Assembly: GCA_964634935.1 (NCBI GenBank) | Contig: CAZWJT010000001.1 | Location: 95,480-159,479 of the forward strand | DNA from: an uncultured Planctomycetia bacterium | GTDB taxonomy: Bacteria > Omnitrophota > Gorgyraeia > Duberdicusellales > Duberdicusellaceae | DNA: 64,000 bases | Direction of reading: 5' to 3' | Shown: positions 56,164-64,000 of the stretch, in pieces | Layout: each line of letters begins with the position of its first letter | Numbering within the stretch: position 1 is the first letter of the stretch | The notes under the pieces: model-generated | Told to the model about the DNA's origin: nothing | Database searches by the model: none | Seen by the model: only the letters and a program-made list of their open reading frames with translations | Program-made: the position numbers and the translations under genes

Positions 56164-57740
56164 TTATTTCTCTTCCGAGAAAAAACCCTCGAGAGCGATA
56201 GCTTCCCCCGCAGAATCCCCAAAACCTGTCTCAGTGATTCCACTCTCAAAAAGAATGCGAAAACAAAAAAGACACAAAAACCACCGATAAAAGCGATGAA
56301 AAATTTGAGCAACAGTGGACGAAGCGGTAGAAATTCCCAGAACACAAAAAGCAAAAGACCCATGCTAAAAGATGCTGCAAGTATCTTGAAAAACTCCCGT
56401 TTCTGTTCAGCGTCGTACCACAGAATTCTTTTCTGGAGCAGATACCCAAGCAAAAAAAAGTTTAAGGAAGCGGAGATGCTGCTGGCCAAAGCTACGCCAC
56501 CGATCTTAAGCGGAAACATCAAAATAAGACTCAAAACAACATTGAGTAATAATGCCAAAGTCGCAGTTTTTGCCGGAATCAACGTGTCTTTCAGCGCATA
56601 AAAAACACTGGTCAGTAAATTAACGCCTCCATAAAAAAATAAACCCAGAGAATAAAACATCAACGCCAATGAAGTGACAAGAACGGAATCAGCATCAAAC
56701 TTGCCTCGCTGAAAAGTGATTTCGATCAGAGGTTTGGCCAGAACAAAAAAAGCCATACTGGTCGGCACGAGCAAAAAAGCAATGGCCCCAAATGCCAATC
56801 TGATTGTTTCCAAAAAATCTTTTGAATTCTTTTCGGCCCAATATGATGCCAGCTTTGGGATGGAAGCACGCGAGACAGCGAGCGAAAAAAGAGCGAGTGG
56901 AAATTGGATAAGTCTGTTGGAATAATAAACTGCCGCGATCGCCCCGGTTCCTACAATCCAGGAAAAAGAAGCAAGGGCGCCATCAACGAGAAGATTAAGC
57001 TGATAAACCGCGACTCCCCAAACACGCGGCAAAGAAAGGCGGAAAATCTTACAGACCGCAGAATCGGAAAAAGCAGCCTTATAGTCAAAATGTATTTTGA
57101 TTTTTCCGCGCAAAAAATATGATTCCCAAGCTGCCTGGAGCACCCCTGAAACAAGAACCATGGCCGCCAGACCGAATGCGGGATTCTTAAGGGCAAGCGC
57201 TGAGATAATGACGCCGACAATAAAAACGATATTTGAAAGAACCGGAGCAAATGAAGGAACAAAAAAATTATTCTCCAGATAGAGAAAACCTCCGGCATTG
57301 GCTGAAAAACCCACGAAAAAAAGATAGAAAAAAACAATTTGGGTGAGTTTGACAGTGAGCGCAAAATGCTCGGGATGAGCGGCAAAACCAGGGGCCATCA
57401 AAAAAACAAGAACTTTGGCAGAAAGAATCCCAATACAGGTAACACCGAATAAAACAACCGAACTGGCCAAAAGGGTGTGCCGAACACGGAGAAAAAAATC
57501 AGGCTTTGTTTTATATTCGCTTAAAACGGGAATAATGACTGAATCCACTGCACCTTCGCCGAGAAGTGCGCGAAACATATTCGGAAAACGGAAAGCTACT
57601 AAGAATGCTTCGACCGTTGGGCTTGTTCCAAAAAAACTAGCGATAAGAATGTCCCTTAAGAATCCAAGAATCCGCGAAATAAATGTCCATAAAGCAATAG
57701 TGAAAGTATTCCGGGCAAGAGTTTTAAAAATCCTTGACAT
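56160..57740 (-). CDS. murJ: lipid II flippase MurJ (MviN)
   Basis: N-terminus …ISRILGFLRDILIASFFGTSPTVEAFLVAFRFPNMFRALLGEGA is the MurJ signature. 14 TM, 526 aa. Confidence 0.85.
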   Translation of the reverse strand: MSRIFKTLARNTFTIALWTFISRILGFLRDILIASFFGTSPTVEAFLVAFRFPNMFRALLGEGAVDSVIIPVLSEYKTKPDFFLRVRHTLLASSVVLFGVTCIGILSAKVLVFLMAPGFAAHPEHFALTVKLTQIVFFYLFFVGFSANAGGFLYLENNFFVPSFAPVLSNIVFIVGVIISALALKNPAFGLAAMVLVSGVLQAAWESYFLRGKIKIHFDYKAAFSDSAVCKIFRLSLPRVWGVAVYQLNLLVDGALASFSWIVGTGAIAAVYYSNRLIQFPLALFSLAVSRASIPKLASYWAEKNSKDFLETIRLAFGAIAFLLVPTSMAFFVLAKPLIEITFQRGKFDADSVLVTSLALMFYSLGLFFYGGVNLLTSVFYALKDTLIPAKTATLALLLNVVLSLILMFPLKIGGVALASSISASLNFFLLGYLLQKRILWYDAEQKREFFKILAASFSMGLLLFVFWEFLPLRPLLLKFFIAFIGGFCVFFVFAFFLRVESLRQVLGILRGKLSLSRVFSRKRNK

Positions 57741-57770
57741 TTGGCTATTTTCTGGTTTAATTCTTACAAT
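57734..57770 (+). promoter_or_regulatory. candidate rpsT promoter in the murJ-rpsT divergent region
   Basis: -35 candidates TTGACA/TTGGCT (57734-57746), -10 candidate TACAAT (57765-57770). RBS AAAGGAG lies 6 nt before the rpsT ATG. Confidence 0.35.
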
Positions 57771-57793
57771 CTATTAATTAAAAAGGAGTTTAT

Positions 57794-58069
57794 ATGCCAC
57801 AGAGAAAAGCTTCCCTCCGCAGCTTACGTAATAGTCAACGAAAAGCGGTATATAATGCCGCGGTGAAAGAAAAAGTAAAAAAAGCAATTAAAAACTATCT
57901 GAAATCACTTCAGAAAAATGAAGTCGATAATGCGAAAAAACTGCTCGCTCTTGCGTATAAAGAACTCGATAAAGCAGCAAGGAAAAATGTGATTCACAGA
58001 AATAAGGCGTCCCGCAAGAAATCACGCTTGAGCAAAAAACTAACTACTGCCATTCAACATCCGGCATAA
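57794..58069 (+). CDS. rpsT: 30S ribosomal protein S20
   Basis: 91-aa highly basic protein. MPQRKASLRSLRNSQRKAVYNAAVKEKVKKAIKN… is a typical S20 N-terminus. Confidence 0.85.
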   Translation: MPQRKASLRSLRNSQRKAVYNAAVKEKVKKAIKNYLKSLQKNEVDNAKKLLALAYKELDKAARKNVIHRNKASRKKSRLSKKLTTAIQHPA

Positions 58070-58723
58070 AAGAGCCGAGAGCACCGAACGCGCCGGGAGA
58101 TTTGTTTCTTTTAAGGCTCGATCCGCCCACCAAAGATAATAGGTATGTGACAATCCGCCGCGCGTCACCCCAAGAGGAATATTCTTTGTCAGATATCCTA
58201 TAACCTTCAAAGCGATTTCCTCTTGTTCCTTCCTTGATGCTGGGATAAAAAGCTCCTCGAGATAAAAAAGACAGCCCTCAAGATTTCGCCGTTTAAAAGC
58301 ATAAGCAAACCCTTGGAACAAGGAGTAAACCCGATTGGATCTCCCAAAACGATAGACAACCGCTTGTTCAAGAATTTTCTGAAAAAGACAATCCTCGCGA
58401 AGAGAACTCTCTTGAATAAGATCAAGGTCGTAGTCAAAAAAGAAGTAATCTTCTCGATTAACGCGCAAAGAGTGTTCGCAAAGATGTTTCTTTAAGTCTT
58501 CCGGGCAAAGTTGGAAATTCTTAAAAATAAAAAGGCGCGGCGCGAATCCAATTGTATCAAAATCAAAACATGCAGTATTTTGAGACAAATCAGGACAGTA
58601 CAGAACAAATGTATTGTGGGGCTGGATACCGAATGACGCAAGCGAGCTCTGGATAGCGGAAATCTTATTCTTCTTCGAGAGATAATCGCTCCCAAAAAAA
58701 ACAAAGATTCTTTTTTCTACCAT
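58040..58723 (-). CDS. holA: possible DNA polymerase III delta subunit (HolA)-like protein, short
   Basis: N-terminus IFVFFGSDYLSKKNKISAI resembles the HolA start (YLLYGEDPFL…). Located directly downstream of an LptE-like gene, as in the conserved lptE-holA linkage. Only 227 aa, so uncertain. Confidence 0.3.
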   Translation of the reverse strand: MVEKRIFVFFGSDYLSKKNKISAIQSSLASFGIQPHNTFVLYCPDLSQNTACFDFDTIGFAPRLFIFKNFQLCPEDLKKHLCEHSLRVNREDYFFFDYDLDLIQESSLREDCLFQKILEQAVVYRFGRSNRVYSLFQGFAYAFKRRNLEGCLFYLEELFIPASRKEQEEIALKVIGYLTKNIPLGVTRGGLSHTYYLWWADRALKETNLPARSVLSALLCRMLNGSS

Positions 58724-59247
58724 TCTTCAACGATGCTCTCAACAATTCTCCGGGAAGCATCATCTAAGAGTTCATCTAATGCGGCACTCTCACTCTTCGC
58801 GTATAACCCAGTAAGTGGATAGGTTACGCTCGTTGATAAACTTTTCGTCTTCACTGAAGTGTCCTGAGCATTAGCCAATGTATAGCGAAAAGACATCTTA
58901 AGACGATACTCATCAACCCGATCATTTGTATCATACCTGAGTACATCTCGAACAAAATCAACAATCTCACAATTGAGAACAAGGTCGGCTGTTTGATCTC
59001 GAACCGTCTTTACATTGCCATCAAAATGGAACCTTTCAATTAAAGACTGGGTAAACATATTCTCTAAAAGAGGCGGAATACTGCGGTACTTCGTATATTC
59101 GGTTGATTCTTCTGCCATCTTCATTGTGTTTTTTACCGGGACTACATACAGCGTTTTCGCCCCGCCCTTGAGAACGCTATGAGTAGTATAACCGCATCCG
59201 GAAATCAAAAGGCAAAAGATTATAAACAATTTACTTATTTTCTTCAT
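58717..59247 (-). CDS. lptE: LPS-assembly lipoprotein LptE-like
   Basis: Lipoprotein signal with lipobox (LLISGCGY), about 176 aa. Size and N-terminus fit LptE, and a holA-like gene follows downstream. Confidence 0.4.
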   Translation of the reverse strand: MKKISKLFIIFCLLISGCGYTTHSVLKGGAKTLYVVPVKNTMKMAEESTEYTKYRSIPPLLENMFTQSLIERFHFDGNVKTVRDQTADLVLNCEIVDFVRDVLRYDTNDRVDEYRLKMSFRYTLANAQDTSVKTKSLSTSVTYPLTGLYAKSESAALDELLDDASRRIVESIVEEW

Positions 59248-60193
59248 ACTGCTTTAGGCCCTCCATTGCCTTTCTTGCGTGCTCGGCCCAAGTCGTTTTT
59301 GAGTGCCTTTCTATCACAATACCATAGTACACAAGAGCGCTTTTGAAATTTTTCTGTTTTTCATAAAACTTTCCGATATTGAAATTCTTCTCAGCGTCTT
59401 TCTCTTTCAGGCGGTTTAACTCTTCCATGGCGGTCTTAGAAAGTTCCGCATCAGGGTGAGCCGCAACAAATTCCTTAAATCTTCGTTTCGCTTCTTCTGT
59501 GTATGCTTGATCATAATCGGATTTCAAAGAAGCCTGAGAGCTGGTTATGGCTAATTGGTATTTTGCCGCATCAGCCCAAGTGCTTTCCGGATGTTTTTCA
59601 ATAAGGGTTTTTAAGGCTTCAATGGCCTCGTCAAATCGCCCGAGAGTGCTATAGAGTATTCCCAAGGTATACTGGGCTTTGATGCCATGCTCGGAATATG
59701 GGGAATTCTCGGCAACTTTCTTGAAAATTTCAATTGAGGGATGTTCAAAGAGATCATCGAGTGCAATACCGAGCCACTTTTTCCGCTCTCGATTCAGAAA
59801 ATGCTCTCCGATCGCGTACTCACGCCCAACAATCTCTTCGATTCTTGTGCTGTAGGGATAAGAATCTATCACTTTTTGGTATTCCTGGTAAGCACGGTAC
59901 ATTTCATTGAGGCCTTCCAAACAGCGGGCACTGTAGTATTGGGCATCAGGAGCCTGCTTAGCGTCAGGATAATGGATGATGACCTTTCGGAATTCTTTAA
60001 ATGCTTGCTTATAATTTTTTTCCTGGAAAAACCCCATCGCCCGATCCATCTGTAACTGCGGCGAAGCTAAAGGAGAATAATGTGGATTTTTCCACTTCTT
60101 TTCCTTAGTCGACCAAATCCAGAACGCTTGAACAGGCGTTGAAGCAAAAAGATAAAAAACAAAAATACTAGTAAAAACAATTATTTTTCTCAT
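59231..60193 (-). CDS. bamD: TPR-like outer-membrane assembly lipoprotein, BamD-like
   Basis: Signal peptide MRKIIVFTSIFVFYLFASTPVQA, then three repeats each ending in an xYP motif (HYPDAKQAPDAQYY, DSYPYSTRIEEI, EKHPESTWADAAKY) arranged as in BamD. Confidence 0.45.
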   Translation of the reverse strand: MRKIIVFTSIFVFYLFASTPVQAFWIWSTKEKKWKNPHYSPLASPQLQMDRAMGFFQEKNYKQAFKEFRKVIIHYPDAKQAPDAQYYSARCLEGLNEMYRAYQEYQKVIDSYPYSTRIEEIVGREYAIGEHFLNRERKKWLGIALDDLFEHPSIEIFKKVAENSPYSEHGIKAQYTLGILYSTLGRFDEAIEALKTLIEKHPESTWADAAKYQLAITSSQASLKSDYDQAYTEEAKRRFKEFVAAHPDAELSKTAMEELNRLKEKDAEKNFNIGKFYEKQKNFKSALVYYGIVIERHSKTTWAEHARKAMEGLKQYEENK

Positions 60194-60354
60194 ATATAAC
60201 TGGTAACTATAACAGAATAGGCTTTGCTTGTCAACACTCAGGCGTTCTTTCTCCCGGCCGAAAACGCTTTCATGAAACTCACCAAACACCTTTCTTTTCG
60301 CCTGTGCGGTACGGTATACTTAAGCTGCCCTTCAAGAGAAGGGTAAGCCACGGC

Positions 60355-60418
60355 CCCCGCTGAAGAAGCGGGGTGTTTTCTTCACCCCGTTGGAATACCA
60401 ACGGGGTTTCCTTTTTTA
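60355..60418 (+). terminator. plus-oriented tandem hairpins, the distal one with a U-tract (terminator-like)
   Basis: CCCCGC-tgaagaa-GCGGGG (60355-60373), then CCCCGTTGG-aata-CCAACGGGG (60385-60406) followed by TTTCCTTTTTT. In the minus orientation the hairpins are not followed by U-runs. Confidence 0.3.
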
Positions 60419-60433
60419 GAATACAAAAATTAT

Positions 60434-61765
60434 TCATTGGAGTTTCTTTCGAAAATATTCAGATAAACATTCGCAGGAGATTCTTTCTTGTATCATCGTA
60501 TCCCGGTCGCGCACGGTAACTTTCCCGTCGCTTAAACTCTCAACGTCAACCGTTACACAGAATGGAGTCCCTATCTCATCCTGACGCCGGTATAATTTTC
60601 CAATAGCGGCAGTATCATCATAAATGGCCTTCCAAAATCGCTTAAGATCACTCTGTATGTTTTTCGCCTTTTCAACAATTTCAGGCCTGTTCTTTAAAAG
60701 GGGAAACACTGCTATTTTATACGGAGAAACTCTCTTGTCAAAACGCAATACGACGCGCGTCTTACCCTGAACTTCCTCTTCCGCGTAAGCATCACTTACT
60801 AAAGCAAGAAATGTCCGATCTACCCCTGCCGAAGGCTCAATCACATAAGGGATAAATTTTTTATTCTGCTTATCGTCAAAATAGGCAAGATCTTTTTTGC
60901 TAAACGACTGATGCTGTTTTAAGTCAAAATCGCCCCGATGCGCGACGCCTTCGAGTTCTTTCCAGCCAAAAGGAAAATTATATTCGATATCAACGCAGGC
61001 TTTCGCATAATGCGCAAGCTCATCAGGCCGATGGTCGCGTAACCGTAAATTTTCTCTCCGGATACCCAATTGGGAAGTATACCAGCCAAAGCGCTCCTGC
61101 CTCCATTGTTCATAGAAAGAATCTGCGTTTTCTGGATCAACAAAATATTCGATTTCCATTTGTTCAAATTCACGTGTTCGAAAGATAAAACTTTTTGTAG
61201 TAACTTCATTTCGAAAAGATTTTCCGATCTGAGCGACTCCAAAAGGTAATTTCTTATGCATAGTATCAAGAATATTCGTGAAGTTGACGAAAATCCCTTG
61301 AGCGGTTTCTGGACGCAAGTACACTACCTGGCTTTCCTCCTCAACAACACCTAAAAAGGTTTTCAGCATCAAATTAAACTTACGGGCAGGAGAACAGGCT
61401 AAATCAATAACACCACCGCACTCGGGACATACAGATGACCCATCAGTATTCGTCTGTAACATTTCGATCTTAAACCGTTTTTTGCACCCCTTACAATCAA
61501 CCAGTGTATCGGTAAATCCGGAAAGATGACCAGATGCTTTAAAAACATCTTCGCTCATAATCAGCGAACTGTCTAAGCCAAGCACATCATCCCGTTTCTG
61601 AACATAAGTATCCCACCAAATATCCTTGATATTTTTTTTCAGCTGAGCCCCCAGCGGACCGTAATCCCAGATACTGGCAAGACGGCCATAGATTTCACAG
61701 GAAGGGAAAACAAACCCCCTCCGGGCACAAAGTGCGACTATCTTCGAAAGCTTATCCTCCTGCAT
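60434..61765 (-). CDS. glyQS: glycine--tRNA ligase (class II, dimeric GlyQS type)
   Basis: …ALCARRGFVFPSCEIYGRLASIWDYGPLGAQLKKNIKDIWW… N-terminal signature, Zn-binding Cys cluster, class II motifs 2/3. Start set at MQEDK… abutting the panB stop. Confidence 0.85.
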   Translation of the reverse strand: MQEDKLSKIVALCARRGFVFPSCEIYGRLASIWDYGPLGAQLKKNIKDIWWDTYVQKRDDVLGLDSSLIMSEDVFKASGHLSGFTDTLVDCKGCKKRFKIEMLQTNTDGSSVCPECGGVIDLACSPARKFNLMLKTFLGVVEEESQVVYLRPETAQGIFVNFTNILDTMHKKLPFGVAQIGKSFRNEVTTKSFIFRTREFEQMEIEYFVDPENADSFYEQWRQERFGWYTSQLGIRRENLRLRDHRPDELAHYAKACVDIEYNFPFGWKELEGVAHRGDFDLKQHQSFSKKDLAYFDDKQNKKFIPYVIEPSAGVDRTFLALVSDAYAEEEVQGKTRVVLRFDKRVSPYKIAVFPLLKNRPEIVEKAKNIQSDLKRFWKAIYDDTAAIGKLYRRQDEIGTPFCVTVDVESLSDGKVTVRDRDTMIQERISCECLSEYFRKKLQ

Positions 61766-62615
61766 CATTAATATCCTCCATAAATTTTTGAAATTCTTCA
61801 TCGGTAATAAGAAAAGTTTCTTTGTCGGAAGGAAATGTTTCCTTCTGCACATCTTCACAAAACTGCCTTACTGCGCCCACGACCAAGGTTGCTCCATCCA
61901 GGTATTTTCTTGAAAAACGAGGATGAAATTGCTTGAAAAAACCAAGCAGATCGTAACCAACGAGTACTTGACCATCACAATTTTTTCCCGAACCAATACC
62001 AATAGTAGGAATCTTAAGCGCCCGGGTAATAACCTCAGCTACCCGGTCAGGAATACATTCCAGCACTATACTAAAACATCCCAGCTCCTGGCAAGTGTGC
62101 GCTTGCCTGTACAGCATAGAAGCCTGTTCCCGAGTCTTTCCCTGCACTTTATGCTTACCAAACTTTTCCGCATTCTGAGGCGTAAACCCAATATGAGCCA
62201 TCACTGGAATTCCGGCCTTAACCAGCTGGCTGGCAACCAACTCGAATGCTTCACACCATTCAAGCTTTACGCATTGAGCCTGCCCTTCCAGAAGAAATCT
62301 CTGGGCGCATGAATATGCGTTCTCTGTATTACTCTGATACGCATGAAACGGCATATCGGCGATAACAAATGCCTGACGGACTCCCCGAGCCACTGCCTGC
62401 GTATGGAGAAGCATCTCTTCAAAGCTCACTCCTTTTGTATCTGAAAGACCAAGAATAACATTTGCCAAGGAATCCCCCACCAAAATCCCGTCTACGCCTG
62501 CTTCATCGAATAACTGCGCAAAGGAAAAATCATACCCTGTAAGCAGGCTAATTTTTCTGCCCTCTTGTTTCCGGCGCCTAAAAAACGCCACAATGTCTCT
62601 TTCAGGCATACCCAT
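61752..62615 (-). CDS. panB: 3-methyl-2-oxobutanoate hydroxymethyltransferase (ketopantoate hydroxymethyltransferase) PanB
   Basis: KISLLTGYDFSFAQL…GILVGDSLANV…VIADMPFHAY… PanB signatures. 287 aa. Confidence 0.85.
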   Translation of the reverse strand: MGMPERDIVAFFRRRKQEGRKISLLTGYDFSFAQLFDEAGVDGILVGDSLANVILGLSDTKGVSFEEMLLHTQAVARGVRQAFVIADMPFHAYQSNTENAYSCAQRFLLEGQAQCVKLEWCEAFELVASQLVKAGIPVMAHIGFTPQNAEKFGKHKVQGKTREQASMLYRQAHTCQELGCFSIVLECIPDRVAEVITRALKIPTIGIGSGKNCDGQVLVGYDLLGFFKQFHPRFSRKYLDGATLVVGAVRQFCEDVQKETFPSDKETFLITDEEFQKFMEDINDAGG

Positions 62616-62634
62616 ATGTCTTGTGTATCAAAAA

Positions 62635-63390
62635 CTACCGCACTTTGATATTCCGTGCGCGAAGATAGTTCTTTACCTGGTTTATCCTAAGTTTCCGAAA
62701 ATGGAATAATGAGGCGGCAAGTGCTGCAGAAGCGCGAGTTTTGGAAAATACCTCATAAAAATCCCTGAGCCTCCCCGCCCCTCCAGAAGCAATAACTGGA
62801 ATCGAAACACATTCAGAAAGACAGCGAGTTAACGCACAATCGTAACCCGCTTTTGTTCCATCAAAATCCATACTCGTCAACAATATCTCACCTGCTCCTA
62901 GCTTTTCCACGGTACGGGCCCAACGAAAAACATCAATTCCCGTTGCAACTCTCCCTCCATGGGTAAATACTTCCCACTTTTCTGATTGAACACGTTTGGC
63001 ATCAATAGCCACTACAACACACTGGGAACCGAACAAACATGCTGCCTCGTGAATAAAATATGGATTTTCAACCGCGGCAGTATTTAAAGAAATTTTATCC
63101 GCTCCTGCCTTAAGAATCTTTCGAATATCCTGCACACTGCGAATGCCTCCTCCAACCGTAAACGGCAAGAAAACTTTCTCAGCAACACGCCGAACAACAT
63201 CAAGCATAATGGAGCGCTTTTGAGCGCTTGCGGTAATATCAAGAAAAACAAGCTCATCGGCTCCTTCCTGGTCATAAAAAATAGCATTTTCCACGGGACA
63301 ACCCGCATCTTTTAAGTTGACAAACTGAACCCCTTTGACCACCCTTCCGGCATCCACGTCTAAACACGGTATTATCCGTTTTGTAAACAT
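62635..63390 (-). CDS. hisF: imidazole glycerol phosphate synthase cyclase subunit HisF (or close HisA/HisF-family barrel)
   Basis: [55 protein letters not shown]… classic HisF N-terminus, and C-terminal [20 protein letters not shown]. Start set at the internal MFTKR. Confidence 0.75.
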   Translation of the reverse strand: MFTKRIIPCLDVDAGRVVKGVQFVNLKDAGCPVENAIFYDQEGADELVFLDITASAQKRSIMLDVVRRVAEKVFLPFTVGGGIRSVQDIRKILKAGADKISLNTAAVENPYFIHEAACLFGSQCVVVAIDAKRVQSEKWEVFTHGGRVATGIDVFRWARTVEKLGAGEILLTSMDFDGTKAGYDCALTRCLSECVSIPVIASGGAGRLRDFYEVFSKTRASAALAASLFHFRKLRINQVKNYLRARNIKVR

Positions 63391-63499
63391 ACGCAAAATT
63401 ATACCACAGAGCCTAAAAAGAGCAATGAACCAGAGATAAAACACAATGTGAATAAACAATAAAAAATATTATCTTTTATCGATCTTTTGCCTTATAATC

Positions 63500-64000
63500 A
63501 TGGGTACCATGAAGATAAAAAATACCCTGGTACGTTCGAAAAGAATAATCCTGGTTTTAACTGGCGTAATGATCTCTTTGGGATTGCTGGCTATTGGGTG
63601 GATCAAGCTTAAAGAGGTATATCTCCCAGAAAGAATCAAGAGTTTTGCCGAAAAAAACATTACCGCAATACTCAACAAAACCTGCACCATTGAAAAAGTG
63701 ACAATAGGATTTTTGGGGAAACTAACATTAAAAAATATCCGCATTGTTGAACCAGGTAATACCGATGTATTTTTTGCGGCAGAAGAAGCGCAAGCCACAT
63801 TCCTCGCCCCTCCGCTTTCAAAAAATCAAATACTCCTCTCGTCAGTAAGCTTTAAGAAGCCTCAAATCAGGATAATCCGCGATGAACAGGGAAACTGGAA
63901 CTTCCTTCCTCAACGAAACCTATCACAAAAAGAAACCATTCCGCATTTTATCATACGAGCAATCGCGATAGAAAATGGGATTGTTGCCTTCTCTGATCAA
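63500..64000 (+). CDS. partial (N-terminal) AsmA/TamB-like outer-membrane biogenesis protein, runs off the window end
   Basis: Manual translation from ATG 63500: MGTMKIKNTLVRSKRIILVLTGVMISLGLLAIGWIKL… (signal anchor), then …LTLKNIRIVEPGNTDVFFAAEEAQATF…KKPQIRIIRDEQGNWNF…, the repetitive pattern typical of AsmA/TamB N-termini. There is no stop before position 64000. Confidence 0.45.
   Translation, partial: MGTMKIKNTLVRSKRIILVLTGVMISLGLLAIGWIKLKEVYLPERIKSFAEKNITAILNKTCTIEKVTIGFLGKLTLKNIRIVEPGNTDVFFAAEEAQATFLAPPLSKNQILLSSVSFKKPQIRIIRDEQGNWNFLPQRNLSQKETIPHFIIRAIAIENGIVAFSDQ

Noticed and set aside
63469-63798. 109-aa minus-strand ORF.
   Set aside because: It overlaps the better-supported plus-strand partial gene with a signal anchor and AsmA/TamB-like repeats starting at ATG 63500. 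The minus ORF lacks an RBS context and any motif.
1-64000. CRISPR arrays, IS elements/transposases, prophage integrase, rRNA operons.
   Set aside because: No regularly spaced direct repeats, no DDE/HTH transposase-like ORFs, and no rRNA-like sequence blocks were seen on reading through either strand. The only recombinase is a housekeeping-type XerC/D.

Overview
This 64 kb window reads as a housekeeping chromosomal segment of a diderm (Gram-negative-type) bacterium, AT-rich by eye. About 70 coding genes are packed with short or overlapping junctions, and almost all sit on the minus strand; only a three-gene minor-pilin operon, rpsT and a partial TamB-like gene at the 3' edge are on the plus strand. 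Diderm markers present are LptE-like, BamD-like, LpxL-family acyltransferase, Lnt, MurJ and a TamB/AsmA-like protein.

Recognisable content, from low to high coordinates:
- A near-complete dcw cell-wall/division cluster, transcribed mraZ-rsmH-ftsL-ftsI-murE-murF-mraY-murD-ftsW, with no murG after ftsW.
- ribF-truB-nrnA-rbfA, a CCA-adding enzyme, xerD-like recombinase, a TtcA-like PP-loop ATPase, a DUF62 SAM hydroxide adenosyltransferase and a short pyruvate kinase.
- An envelope cluster: secreted thermonuclease, lipoprotein, PDZ-less S1 protease and an SdpI-like membrane protein.
- tRNA-Ser(UGA), a short accessory-looking segment, then tmRNA (ssrA); smpB lies about 5 kb away.
- A four-gene signalling module: periplasmic helical protein, sensor kinase, hybrid REC-kinase and a single-domain REC.
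- An AEC-family transporter, folK, and dapL-like/dapB/dapA (the aminotransferase lysine route).
- A flavodoxin-like protein, a TPR protein and a Ski2-like DExH helicase.
- An orphan minor-pilin operon (two pseudopilins plus a PilX-like gene) with its own promoter and terminator, convergent on a 1074-aa cytoplasmic protein of uncertain family.
- HAD hydrolase, bioY, patatin, an LpxL-like acyltransferase, an adenosine-specific-kinase family protein, lnt, secA, prfB carrying the classic programmed +1 frameshift, pilT, ogt, uvrC-like, murJ, rpsT, holA-like, lptE-like, bamD-like, glyQS, panB and hisF.

No CRISPR array, transposase, integrase beyond the xerD-like gene, or rRNA was found. The items I would look at again are: the tmRNA, whose deduced tag is 24 aa and ends ...CLVN before a double TAG; the orphan pilin operon; the 1074-aa protein; the signalling module; and a three-hairpin structured intergenic element at 60.3 kb. 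All family calls are from reading motifs by eye, with no database search.
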